A stretch of 64,000 nt of DNA. Origin: Cyanophora paradoxa CCMP329. Lineage: Eukaryota > Plantae > Glaucophyta. How positions within the stretch are numbered: the first letter of the stretch is position 1; each line of letters starts with the position of its first letter. The translations under genes and the position numbers were made by a program. The stretch lies in NCBI GenBank assembly GCA_004431415.1, contig QPMI01000278.1, forward strand, positions 1-64,000, given 5' to 3'. A model generated the notes under the pieces. It was not told the DNA's origin, searched no databases, and saw nothing but the letters and a program-made list of their open reading frames with translations. This document shows positions 1-13,000 of the stretch, one piece after another.

Positions 1-1031
1 CAGTGTCAGGCCACCTGCAGCTACTACTTTGCCGTTGCACTGTATGACTGTGCACGTATGTATACGTGTACATGTATGCATGCAGCGCAGCAGTGGTACT
101 GCGGCATGCCTTCGAATTCCCGGAGTCTCCCGAGTCCTGACCGCGGAGTTCGAATTCGATCGCGATCGCCAGCGCTAGCGCAAGCGCTGGCGCCGGCGGC
201 GCCGGCGATCGCGATCGAAGGCTGCAGGCTGCACGGGTGACGGGGCCCTGCATCCTGAACATTCGTCTTACATGCGTGTCTCGTCGATTGCCGTTATCCA
301 ATCAATTTTCCACGTGCACGGTGATTCGGTAAGTCTGCCGTTACTACGGTTACGTACTGCGGCAGTGCCGCAGACTCCGCAGTGCAGCGGCGCCGGCGCC
401 GGCGCCGGCGCAGCACTGCGGCAGCCTGGCAGTACGGTACTATAGCTAGTACATGTACAGTAGTAGTACTAGTTCTAGCCTAGTACTAGACTACTACTAG
501 TAGGCTTCTAGCCTAGTTGTGCGCCGCTGCGCGCGCACCTCTGAATCGAAGTTCCCCCCTTCCAACTGGCAACTTCGCCGAGTGCGATCGCGACGGTCGG
601 GACTCGGGAAATCGACTCGCCAGTCCGTCCGACGGTCCGAGTCCGAGCACCAGCTGCCGCAGTGCAGGCCCGTACGCGTGCAGGGTGCGCGCCGCTGCGC
701 AGCACTGCGCGCGCGCACGGGGGCGCCTGCACCGTGGCACCTGGCATCGGCGCCATTGTTGCGGCGTGGCGGATCTCACCCTAGGCCTGCGCGCAGACAC
801 GGGCAAGTGACAGGCGACCCGGGCCGAGCGAATGCGGGCACCCGGCACTGCGGGCGAGGCCCGTCTGCCCTCCGGTGCCGCGGTGAGCCTTGCGGAGTTG
901 CAGCGCGCAGCGCGCAGCGCGCCGCGGCCCCGGGCGCGCGCGCCCCCGGCCCGCAATGACTCGTCTTTCAAAAATGTAATTTGGTCCGCGCGCGGCTAAT
1001 CTTGACGGTCGTGCGCGCGCAGGGCAGCGCG

Positions 1032-4000
1032 ATGCCCCCGACGCTGAGCCACTCGATGGTGTCAGAGAAGTGGCAGAGCGGCACCGTCGTCGTGGAGATC
1101 GACGACATCGGGCCCTTCGAGACGGCCGCGGCGGCTGGCCGAGACAAGCTGATCATGAAGGGGGCGAACCACCCTGCCCCGCAAGTCGTGCGGCCGCGCG
1201 CGGCGCGCGCGCGCACCGATATTGCGACTTCAAACCGTCTGATCATGACGCGCACGGCTGCGCGCGCAGAGCTCCAAGCTCAACGTGACCGCGTCGGCGA
1301 CCCGCCAGCGGGACTACGCGTCGGCGCCGCTGCCCGACCCGCGGCCCGAGGAGCACGTGCTCTACCTGGACGCGTGAGCTCAAGCTCGGCGCTGCGCGCC
1401 ATCGAATGCCCCCCAAACGAGCCTCGGAGCGCCGACGCCGCGCGCGCAGTTTTCTCAGCTTCGCCCGGGGGGCAGACGCCGCATCCGCCGCGAACCTCGC
1501 GGCCGCCCTCCAGCGCTACGGGCTGAAGGTCCGCTCCCCCGATCGCGGGAGCACAAGCGCTGGCAGGAGGCCTAAGGGGGCACCGCGGCAGTGCTGGTAC
1601 GACGGGGAGCTGCCCGAGGCGGGGGGCGACATCGCGAACCTGCAGCACCGCAAGCGCCTCTCCGCCGCCATCGAGGGCTGCGCCTGCCTCGTCGTCCTCG
1701 CCACCAAGGGTGCCGCCCCGGCCCAGCACCGGCCGCGGGTCCCCTCGTCATCGTCTCTGGCTGACCCCTGCGGCGCCGATCGCGATCGCGACTGCTCGCT
1801 CACAATCAGAGTGGTTCTCGTCGCCGTGCGTTGCCCCATGCATATGTTCGCCAATCTCAGACGCGCCAGCTCGCTCACCGTCCCAGCGCAGGGCCTGCGC
1901 GACGGAGCTGCGGCACGCCGCGTGGCTGGGGCGCAAGATCGTGACCCTCAGCCTGGGGGGGCCCTCCCTCGCGGAGCACGCGGCGACCGCCGGCACGAAG
2001 CAGGCGCTCGAGGCGGCGGCGCAGCTGCAGCAGTGCGAGGAGATCCGCCTCAAGGCGCTGCAGGGGGACGAGTTCCTGAGGGCCCTCGAGCGCCTCGCCT
2101 CCGAGATCCGCGTGCGCCCGCCCCGCCCCGTCCCTAGATATAAGCTCGCGATCGCGGCCCATGGCCATCACAACGGACGCTCGCGATCGAGCACTGTACA
2201 TGTCTGACTTCCATATGCGCATGCGTTGCACGCAGCCGCAAGGGACCTCTGTCGTCGAACCGGGTCCGCACCTTCAGCTTGCGTTACTTCTGATCATGAA
2301 GTTCAAGCGCTCATGCTCATGATCACTTCGGGAATTCCGCAGACGCGAACGTACCGATCAAGCCGTACGACGTGATGGTGAGCTACCGGCGCAAGCAGAC
2401 CGACGAGATGCGGGTCGTCTGCGAGCTCCTCAAGGAGAAGGGCATCAGCCACTGGGTGCGGGATATCGCTACATGTTTCTTTTGGCTGCGCTTGCAATTG
2501 ACTGCGCGCCGCGGCGCCAGGTCGATGTCAACACGGAGAACGGCATTCTGAAGGGCGTCCAGTGGTGCCTGCATACAGTCCACTCACCTCTCCTCTCAAT
2601 CTCACGCGCACGCGGCGCGCGCGCAGGGGCAAGGCGATCGCGGCGGCGATCAAGGGCTCCGGCGTCATGCTCGTCCTCCTCACGCGGGACTGGCTCCAGT
2701 CCCAGTACTGCATCGACGGTGCCCCCCACTGTCCGGAAGCCTACCCCCCTCCCGCCCCCCCTCTCCCCGCCCCTACGTGTACGAATGCCTAGAAGCCTGT
2801 AGCGTCTCCCTCCCCCCTCCCTTCCTTAAAAGCTTCCCCCCCCCTCCCAACTCCCCCCCCACCCCTTCGCCGCCGCCCCGGCCCCTCTTCCGCCTCTCTC
2901 TTCCCGTTAACGTTAACGTTCCTGCCCTCAACCCCTGCCTCCCGCAATCCCGTCCCTCATGGCCAGGCCCGTCCCTAGGCCAACTCATGGCCAGGCTCGT
3001 CCTAGGCCTGCCTCCCCCACGTCTCCTCCGGGATCCTCCCGCCCCCCCCCCTCCCCCCCTCCCCCCCCCCCCCGCATCCCCCTCACCCACTCCCCCTTCC
3101 CCTTCCCCCCCGCCCCCATCCCTCTCCCACACACACCCCCTCCCACCCCCGGCCCTCCTGCCTTCCCCGCCCCCCGCGTCCCGCCTCATCGATCCGCCCC
3201 CGCCCTCCCCCCCCCCCCCCCCTTCCCGGCCCACCGGCCCACCGGCCCTTCCTGCCTACCCCGACTCCCGCCCCCGCCCTCTTTCCCTTTCCCTCCTGCA
3301 GCTGAATCCATATCCCGTATTTCTGAGAGTCTGAGAGTCTGACCGTATTTAATTTGCGCAGAGTTCGAGTACGCGCTGGCGCAGAGCAAGCGGGTCGTGT
3401 GCGTGTTTACGCGCGCACGTGGCCTCAGTCTTAAGCTTGCAGTCGACCGTACCCGCGCGCAGGGTGCTGGAGCTGGAGGAGATCCCGCCGCTGCCCGACG
3501 ACGCCGCGGACGGCGCTTCCGACGCCGAGCGCAGCTTCTTCCGGTGCAACGCTGCCCCCCCCCCCCCCCCCCCCCCCCCTCGCCTTCGCCCGTTCGCTTT
3601 AATAACGTTCTTATTGTCTCGGAGGCAGGCGCCAGAAGATGTGCCTCGAGGTATGCCGCCAGAGCCAGCAACTTGGCAACTGAATCTTTTAACGACCTGA
3701 TCATGATCATGACGCGTACGGCGCGCGCAGGCGGTGAACACGTGGCAGAAGGTCTCCTTCCCCGGCCTCCTCGGCGCCGGCCCCGAGAAGCTCGCCGCGG
3801 CGCGGGGGAGCCCCGCCTTCGAGAAGGCCGTCCAGGAGATGGAGGAGGCCATCACGGTCCGCCCTTTAAATTGCCTCTCTACCTGGTCGACTGCTTTTGC
3901 TAAAGCTTTCCATGCTTTCGCGTATACGTAGTTTGACGCCGAGGCGGCAAGGCTTCACACTCAGGTGCGGTCGAGATTTGTCAGACTAATTATATTCATG

Positions 4001-7000
4001 AGGCCGAAGCATGCCTCTCGCCCTTGCGATCGCAGCTCACGCTTCGCGCGGACAAGTACAAAGAAGGTTCGCTCAAAAGATGGAAGCTTGCACTTGATTT
4101 TTCAAGTTTGAAATTGCGCTTATTCAATGCGCAGCGCTCGGGTTCAGCCCCGCCGTCCGCTGGACGGGCCTTGACAGCGTCAAACTCAGTAAAGTCCCCA
4201 AGGAAAACAGAAACAAGGCGGAAGGTCAGGCAGTCGATCTGGGTATAGGTTCCATGATTAATGAGACGGTATCATCTTCTTGCAGCCTTCCTGCTTCGAG
4301 GCTTCGCTTTGCAGGAGGCCCTCGATGTGCGCTGCTGAATTCTCGATTCATCTTTCGCTTAATTTTCGCTACATCGATCGACTTGGGTCTGACTTTTTCC
4401 GACAATCCTCAGTGGATCTCCAAGACCGATCCTTCTTTCTCATCGAGCACGAGTGTGCTTCCCAGTTTCATAACAAGCATGGTCCGTTAACTCTCTCGCT
4501 CTTGGTGCAGATCCAATATTGATTATACGTTACACATGTCTTCAGTTTAAGAAAATTGGGTCCTCGAGCTCGCCATCTGCGAAACACGACGACGGACAAA
4601 CCAAAGGCGACGGAAATGCTGCCAATAAGCGCAGCAAGCAACTGCGCCCCACTCCAGAGCACTTGGTGAGAAAAAACGTTTTTTAATCACTAGTTACAAA
4701 TGATCTTAATCTCGAGCTTCTTTTTAAATTTCCATAAGTATTGCTAACGCGAACGCTGTGATCAGATTCTGGCGCACCACAGTGTCCGGTCTTCCGTCCG
4801 CGCCAAGAAAATCAAGGCTGGCGTTGGATCAGTGATCGCTGCGGGTTCGTTACGAGCGCTTTAATGTTCAATTATGTCTTTGCTAAGCGAGCGCTCGCGC
4901 TTCGTGCGTGCCGCGCCGCAGTTATCATCGGAGCGCTCATTGCTGCTATCGTCTTCCTGAGTACGTTTTATCTGATCGCGATTATAATGGAATTCTGCGC
5001 AGCTGATCTGACATTAATAATCCCTTCAATGACAGTCATTTCGGAGGCGTCGAAGAAGGAGGCTGAGAACCAGAAGCGCGAGGCGGAGCTGCAAAGCAAG
5101 ATGGCGATCGAGAACGCCGAGCTGGCCCGCCAGAAGGAGGAAGAGGCCCAACGGCAGAGCAAGATCGCAACAGAGAACGCCGACCTCGCTCGACAAAAGG
5201 AGGCCGAAGCTCAGCAGCAGAGCAAGATTGCCACAGAAAACGCCGAGCTCGCCAAACGAAACGAGGCCGTGCGCTTAAAATATTTTGAGAATGTCCTATT
5301 TTCGAATGTTTCTGATCATGAACAAAGAGATTAATAAACTTCTATTTTTTTGACGTAGAACGCGACTTCATTTGCGAACCTGGCCAGCCAAAGACTGCTG
5401 GTTTGAATTCAGATTTATATTTTAATATTTATTGCATTTGCTTCTGGCTGACGCCATGCGCAGGAAGTGCAACTTGCCAATCAAAACCTATCTGCTGCTC
5501 TGAATGAGACCGAGACACAAAGAAATGTACGCACTGAAGTTGGCCCCGCAATCGAAATTGATGCTGTCAATTATAAGCTTACAAGTGCTCTTCGGTTCAG
5601 ATTGCGATCCAGCAGCGCATTCGCGCCGACGAGCAGACCGACATTGCGAATTTGCAGACGGACCTTGCTGTCACGCGGCTTAAGGTCCCCATATATATAA
5701 TTTAAAGAATACTTTTGAACTTTTTGTATCGGAGCGACGTCGACGCGCGTCGCAGCAAGTCGGCGAGCTCGCCGCCAGCCTGAACGTCTCTCTCGTGGAG
5801 GCGGAGATACAGCGGCGCGCCGCACAGACGCAAGCTGCTATCGCCACCGAGCGCTCCAGGTAACAGACAGGATAAATTTCATCTAGAAGCAACGAATGAG
5901 ACGTGTACTGAGGGATGGCGCAGTGTCTCAGCCGCCGTGTCGTCCAGCTCGACGGACCCCGAGCTTGCCCTTCTGTTTGCTCTCGATGCGCTGGGGAGCA
6001 CCCAGAGCTCCGGGTCTCCGGTGGCCACCAGTGCCGAGAACACGCTGCGCTCCATCCTCGAGAAGCAGGCGGCGGAGCAGTACACGTCCACCGGCGGTGC
6101 GACGTCGGCGGCCACCGCGCGGCGGCTCCGGCGGCTGCAGGAGGAGCCGGCCGCTCGGGCCGTGCCCATCAAGGACTTCGTGGCTGCAAACGACTTCTTC
6201 GACTTTCAAATCTTCTCCGCCACGTCGCCCAACGAGGCCTACTCGGTTCTCGCGGCGGTCGGCATTATTGCGCCCTCGCGAACCCGGACCGCGTTCATCG
6301 ACGACTCGGCGGTCTCCGATCCCAGCGGGACCTTCCAGGTGCGGTGGACGTATATATTGAAACATGAAGTTGAGCATAGTTTTATATACATGCTTACTTG
6401 AATGTGCAATGCGTGCCGCAGCTGAAGTTGATGGCGCACGTGCGGGAGAAGGGCGGGAAGCTCGCGTACGTGATCGAGGACCGCCTCATCGGCGGGCCAC
6501 ACCGCACGAGTTTCTGGGTGGGGTTTGGATTATCGATCATTGTTTATAATTAGTGTGGTGTGCTCGCACGATCGCGAATGAACGCAACCACAGGCGCATT
6601 ACCTGGGCGCGATGCGCGTCATGATCGACAATTTCGGCGACGTTGTAATCCATGTCAGGTAAAGCTTTCTCAATTGGATATTAATCGTGGCGCGTGACCG
6701 CATATGCAGACGCCTCGGGTTCGAGAAACCGGTGAGTCATGTGAACCTTGTTATTCTCTATAAGCTTGCAATTGTGCTCGCGGAGCGCGCAAAATTATGA
6801 ACAAGGGTGCCTGTTTATGTGCCAATTCGATCAATGACTACGCAGGTCTGCCAAGGTGTCCGGCTAGGCTGTCTGCCTCGCGTTACGGGCATTGCTCTCG
6901 TGTACACTCCCGAGGTCAGAAAACAGTCATTAGAACTAGCTTATATGCAAATTGGCTTTTATGGTTGCTCGTTCCTCGCGATCGCAATCGTCGTGATACA

Positions 7001-10000
7001 ATTGCGCAGAAAGCAGGCCAGCGGGGCTGCCTGAAGCGCGAGGGTGACGACGGGTACCTCTTGGACATCCACGACGTCTTTGTCGGTGTGCCGCATGCGC
7101 ATGAATTCGTTCGAGCGTTCTGAACTCATTTGCAATTCAGGGGACGGTTACGTCGCGTTTCTCACGGCCTCGTCCCCGTTCTACTCGTACACGACGACGA
7201 GGCACAAGTACCGCGACCCGAACAACATCTACGTTGGAAGGGATACTGCGAGGTTCTTCGCGCAGCTCGAAGTCGAGCAAGGCTACAAACTCGAAGGCGT
7301 CTGGAAAGGTCAGCTTGACGTTCTGGCTTGTGTGCTCGGTTTAATTCGCGATCGGTTAATCGAGCGCAGGATGGGAAAGCACGCGCCTTTACGAGTGGTG
7401 GCGCGCCGTGCCGTCCACGCTCAACTTTGAAACAAACTACTGCATGGCAAACAACCCCGACTTGTTCCACGTTCCCAGAAAAGCGTCCCAGGTCGCCCTC
7501 CGCATCCACGTCGGTCGCATGTCCTTCCTCGACCGCTCCGACTCGCCGTTCGCCGGTGCGCGTGCTCGCTGGCCATGGCCGCAGCACCAGCGCCTGTTTG
7601 TATTTTAGACCTGAGCGCTGAACGCTGTGCGCGCGGGCAGGCCTGCTTCCCTCAAGGTAGAACGGCGTATAATTATATAATTTACCTTCAATTCGACATT
7701 CAATTATCCGATGCGACTTTCGTGCAGCCCCGATCTCTGTCAATTCTCGCCGGGCGGCTGGAAGACAGTACTGATTGCCAAAGACTCCTTCTCTGGAAAC
7801 GAGCTGCTCAACAGCAAGTGCAACACACCGGATGAGATTGCTGGGGGAGCCAGCCCCTACTGCACTTTAGGGGGGATGACGTTCAAAGGCGATTTGAAGT
7901 TCCAAGCGCGTCCCAACGCCTACCGCGTCCAGCCGCTGCACATGGCAAACGATATCGAGGTAATCATGTTCGAATTCATCGGATGTTATAGCTGCGGTTG
8001 TGGCCAATGTAACTTCAATTGCGGATCATGATCAGGCGTCATACCCGTACCCCGCCGGATTCGGTTTCGCTCCCAGCACTTGCACTTTCGGGGGAAATAC
8101 GTACATTCTTGTGGGAGGCCAGGTTCGTGCCTGTACCGGTCAGAGCCGGAAGCGTTTGCGCACGAGGCTGTTGTACTCACGCGCGCGCTCTCCTTCTGCA
8201 GGGCCGATTCTTCTTTATCAAAAGCGACGACTTGAAGGCGGATACGGGCGACCCTTCTCAGTACTCCTTTCATCTCGATTTCCCACCGCTATACGAACAT
8301 TCGACTGAATGGACTTGGGGGGACACCTCGCTGGGGGGGGGCTCGACGATGGACGAATGGCCTGGTATGCGGTACCAGTCTTTCCGTCGCCTTAACAGCA
8401 AGAAGGCCTTCGGCATCAGCGACCTCCACGTGGCTTCCGACTGCAGCTTGGTCACGGCTGTCTTGCGGATAGAGGCCGGTTTGTACCACACAATATTTGA
8501 CAGAATGGAGTACAATCTGATCAGCACCGCGGTGCCGGAGCTTCTCCTCCCACGTCCGGGAGGAGTTGGTGGCAATCTGCAGAATCCTAACAGCTCGTTA
8601 GGACTGCACACTGTCTTCTCGGACTGGACTGACCCACACTGGAAATCAAACCCCGAAGCTTACTGGGACTCTCCTTTCACCAAAACCTCCAACCGAGCCT
8701 TTCGCGATTCGCTCGCAATCTCGAACACGCGATCGCAAGACCCTGGTGTGCACGTGCCTGCATGAATAACCTCATATACAAACACATATATATTTTATTT
8801 AATTAAATATATATATGAAGTGCTAGGTCGTTTTATACTTCGACGCAGATCTTGTTCTGATCGGCCTTCTCAAACTCACCGGGCTATTTTTGGATTATGA
8901 TCTGAATTTAAACTATCCCGATTTGGAAGTTCCCTGTGCTCTGCTTCTTCGAAAGGCGAATGGTGCGAGGTGGTGGCGGTGGTGGCTGGAGTCGATTGCA
9001 AGCATTTTCTCAATCCTGCTGCTCGCAGGGAAAAGCTCTGAATGCATTCGCCAGCAGCTAGTTGTTGTGCCGATGACCAACTATGTCAAGTGGCCGCGAT
9101 TTAAAGAGCCACGACTTTCCGGCTTCACTTTTTGGTGCGCACGTTAAGAATAATACTAGCGCTTTTCTTGCCTTCGGCTCTAGCTATAGAGCTTAAATCA
9201 TCGTTTTGCAGGATTGCAGGGGAGCTGGGTTGTGGATTTGACTACACAGGCTCGCCGCTCGACTCAAAGCGACGCTCCATTGCGGTATCGATGTCTGCCG
9301 TCTTTTATGAAAGGGGCACTCTCATTCGTAAGATCAGATCCAGGTAATTGGCGACGGCCCATTTATTGCTGTCGGCAGTCAAGACGGGAAGGTGATCATT
9401 TACGATGCGCGCCCTCCCATCAACGCCAAGCAGCAGCCGCCGGTGCATATTATCGAGCATATATACGGCGTGTTATATACGGCATATATATAGCTAGTTA
9501 TACCTCATCAATATTGCTGATCATTTATTCTTATTTGAATCGAATATATATCTACGGTTGAGCAAATTTTTAACTGATCCAATTCTCAAACAGGTCGAGT
9601 TCAAGGTGCTCATAGGAGACACCAGGTTGATCAAACTGTCGAGGGACCGGAAAACCCTTGCTGTATTTGACGCAATCGGAAATGCCGCAACGATGTCAGT
9701 CGACCTGACGCATCCGTTCGCTCCAATTGCGAAAAAGGCGAGCGCCCATGGCAATGATCATGATTGTCAAAGCCACTCATCGAAGTCGTGCACGTGTGCA
9801 TGCAGTCTACGGCAGTTTTCGATGGCACGTCTGCATCGCTTCAGTCTGTACAGGCAGGCCATTGAATCTTCCTGGCGACGGATGTCTTTAAGGCAGAGAA
9901 GGTGTTCGCGGAAGTGCTAGGTCCAAACACAGGACTTTTTTTGAAGAACGACATGCTCTGTCACTTCTTTCTACCCGGACGCGTCACAGTGCGCTATATA

Positions 10001-13000
10001 TTGCTACTATTTTGTTTCGGTCAGCCACATCTTAGGCACTTACGCATATACAGGGTCCTCTTCACGACATTGACGGACCATCAAGAATTAAACGCCTTCA
10101 ACCAATACAAGTCCGCCCCCTTTCCCTTCCACGCCCCCCCCCCCCCCCCCCCCCCCTTCCTCCCTCTCACTTTTCATCTGATCCCTACCTATTCAATATC
10201 CGTCAGATCGTGCGAGGAACACAGATGTTTCTGCACGCAACAGCCTTGACATCAGCGCAAACGTTAACGTGAGCCTTTTTAGAAATCAGTTGAAATGCCA
10301 GTCAGATGTCAGTTACGATTTTTGATTGGTTTCCCTTCGGAAACGTTCAGAGGTTGCGATGCCTGCGACCGCAATGTCAACGATACTCGCTGTGCGCTTT
10401 CGATTCAACTTTTCGATCCGCTAGACACTTTTACAACCCAAACTAAATTGCATTCGCATTAAATATTCAGTCTTTGCGGAGCACTCGCCGTCCGGCCTCC
10501 TAATGGCTCTCGACGCGACGGGAGGTACATTGTTTGCGAGCTCGTCTCCCGGTTGCAGTACATCACCTTCTAATTATAATCTGTCGCCGGCACACACGTG
10601 GTGCGAATTCGCTCCACTTTCTTGACGTTGACATAAAGAGACAGCTCACTATCGTCTTCACTCGAGCTTGACTACGAGCCGACATCTGATATCGATGCTT
10701 CGGATATGCATGCGCAGGAAGTGGAAGGCGGACGCGGCGGGCCCGTGGTCGGCGCCCTTCAGCTTCACGCAGCGGCTCGACGACGCGACCGCGTACACCG
10801 TCGAGGTCCCCGCCGCCTCCGCCTTCCGGCCCTTCGCTCTGGATGTCGAGCGGCTTGGACCGACAAACTTCAACAAGTACTTCCCGAAGACATACATGGC
10901 TATTCAAGGAAGATCGACACGAAGGCCGAATATGGGTATCGCGACGGATGAGTACAAATGCACGGGCGTTAATGAATTCACTGGAAGTTGCTGGTCATAC
11001 GAAATGACGAAGAAAGCGACCCTGCCAAAGCTCGCCGAGTACGATCCGAACATGTTCCCGTCACCTTCGGAGCCGTACCGCCCGCTCGCCTTCCACTCGA
11101 GTGGCTGGGCCGCCATCGCCGGCGTGATCTACCGGACGGACGCGAATGCGCGCCCCGGCCCTCGTTCGCTTCTGCAGTGAAAGTTAGCGTTCGTGTTTCA
11201 TGGCTGATCATGTTTTGGGTTGGTTCATCGTAGGGGCTGCCGGATGCGTCGACAGCTCTCTCTGTCTTTGAGCGGCGCCCGGAGCTTAAAGAGCCGTTCA
11301 ACGATCTCTTCGCCCCCTCCGCCGAGCTCATGCGCTGGAAGCGCGACATGGAGCGCTACAAGGCGGAGCAGAACTTGAAGCTCCCAGACAAAATGCCAGA
11401 GACAGACATACCCCTTCGTTTTGCTCTGAACAAGCCCATAAGAGCTTCGATAACAGGTCTGCGTGCTTGTATGCAGCCGGCTCATCTTTCCTGATCGGTC
11501 TGTCCCTCTCAATATATTAATTGAACGCTTAAATTCCTCAGACGCTCAGCACTCAGCTGCGTTCAGCGATGACGGCCGCTCTGTCGCCTTCTGTTTCAGC
11601 GCATCTTCGACCATCCTGGACGAGGGGCTCTCGTGGAACAACTTTTTGGGGTTGGGACCCAGCACCGTAGCATATGCGATCGGTGGCTCGTCAGACTGCC
11701 CTGAAGGGACCATATTCTGCCCCACGCCATACGAGGTGGACTTTCCTGGGTTCAAAGGCTACTCGCCTTCGTCCGTGCGCGGAGGAAGTCGTTCGGGATT
11801 TTCCGAGAGCCGCGAGCGTATCGTGATCATCCGCGGGACGTACGACGAGAGCGCGTGGAGCGTCCAACCGCCGGTTGTGCCGGAGTGGAGCGGCGACAGT
11901 GTCCGGACGTGCAGGCAGATGGCGTTCTGGAACGACGTCCTCCTCGTCGACCTGAAGCAGGCAATCCTTGTTGTGAACAGCGACGGCGGCTACGCACACG
12001 TAGCGCAGCAGTCAGGTGCCAGCTTCAAGATATCGATTCGTTTGGTAGGACTTGCGCAAATTAAAGTTTCTAATTTCCCACCATGGCCAGAATTGCCGAC
12101 GCTTGACCTGGCCATGCCAAGCGGGATTGATTTTAGAGAAGGCGAGATCGACCCTGGTGAATTCATTTCTAAATATTAATATTTCCCAGAAACCTTTGTT
12201 TCACTGACTCAGACACGCGCGCGTACGTGTCGTGACAGACTATCAATTCAATTTCCGAAACGGCAAAGATCGACTGCGGAAGAACGCTAGAGTTGGGTAT
12301 TTGGTCACTAATTATATAGAGCTCGCTGAATCGTTATCGCTCACCATGCTCGCAATTCGAATTCGGGCATTGGCCTTGTATGCTTACGATCATGATCAGA
12401 CCCTCCTACGGTAATGTGCTTTGCATGGCGATAATGTGCTTAATTCCAATTGACTGCTCGAATACTGTTCGATCGCGAATTCGCAGTGGACTGCAACATG
12501 TACATTTCCGAGGACCGCTCGATGCTCTGGCTCGTGGACTACACTGGCGCACGCGGATTCAACGGCACGGATGCGCTGCGAAAGATGGATTTCAGCGGGC
12601 TGGGCGAGCCGCCGTCGCCTTCGGGGGCCGCCTTCGTCGTTCTCCCCTTTGGAAAGTACGGACCTCGCTTCTCACGCAACGGTGCGCGTGCGCGTGTGCG
12701 ATCGCACGAAGCGGCAGACACGCTCTCCGGGGTAATGATCATGATGAGGGAGTGCTGCGATTGCATCCGCAGGTCGCTTCGTTGCACTCTGGAAGTCGCT
12801 GGTGGAGCTGCAGATTTTGGACCTCGAGGACGGCGCCAATGCATTCGACAACGCTCGCACCGTCCCCGTTGACTTGCAGTACGTGAATAGCGACGGCCTG
12901 CTGCCAGCACAGCCCACCGTGAGCGACGACGGCATGTACCTGGCGCTGCGCTACGTAAACGCCGGGGGCAACTTTGCAGTTAGGGTCATCGACCTCAAGG

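Noticed and set aside
2777-3334. 185-aa proline-rich extensin-like ORF
   Set aside because: It lies wholly inside the intron whose removal restores the TIR2 motif. It is a by-product of poly-C sequence.
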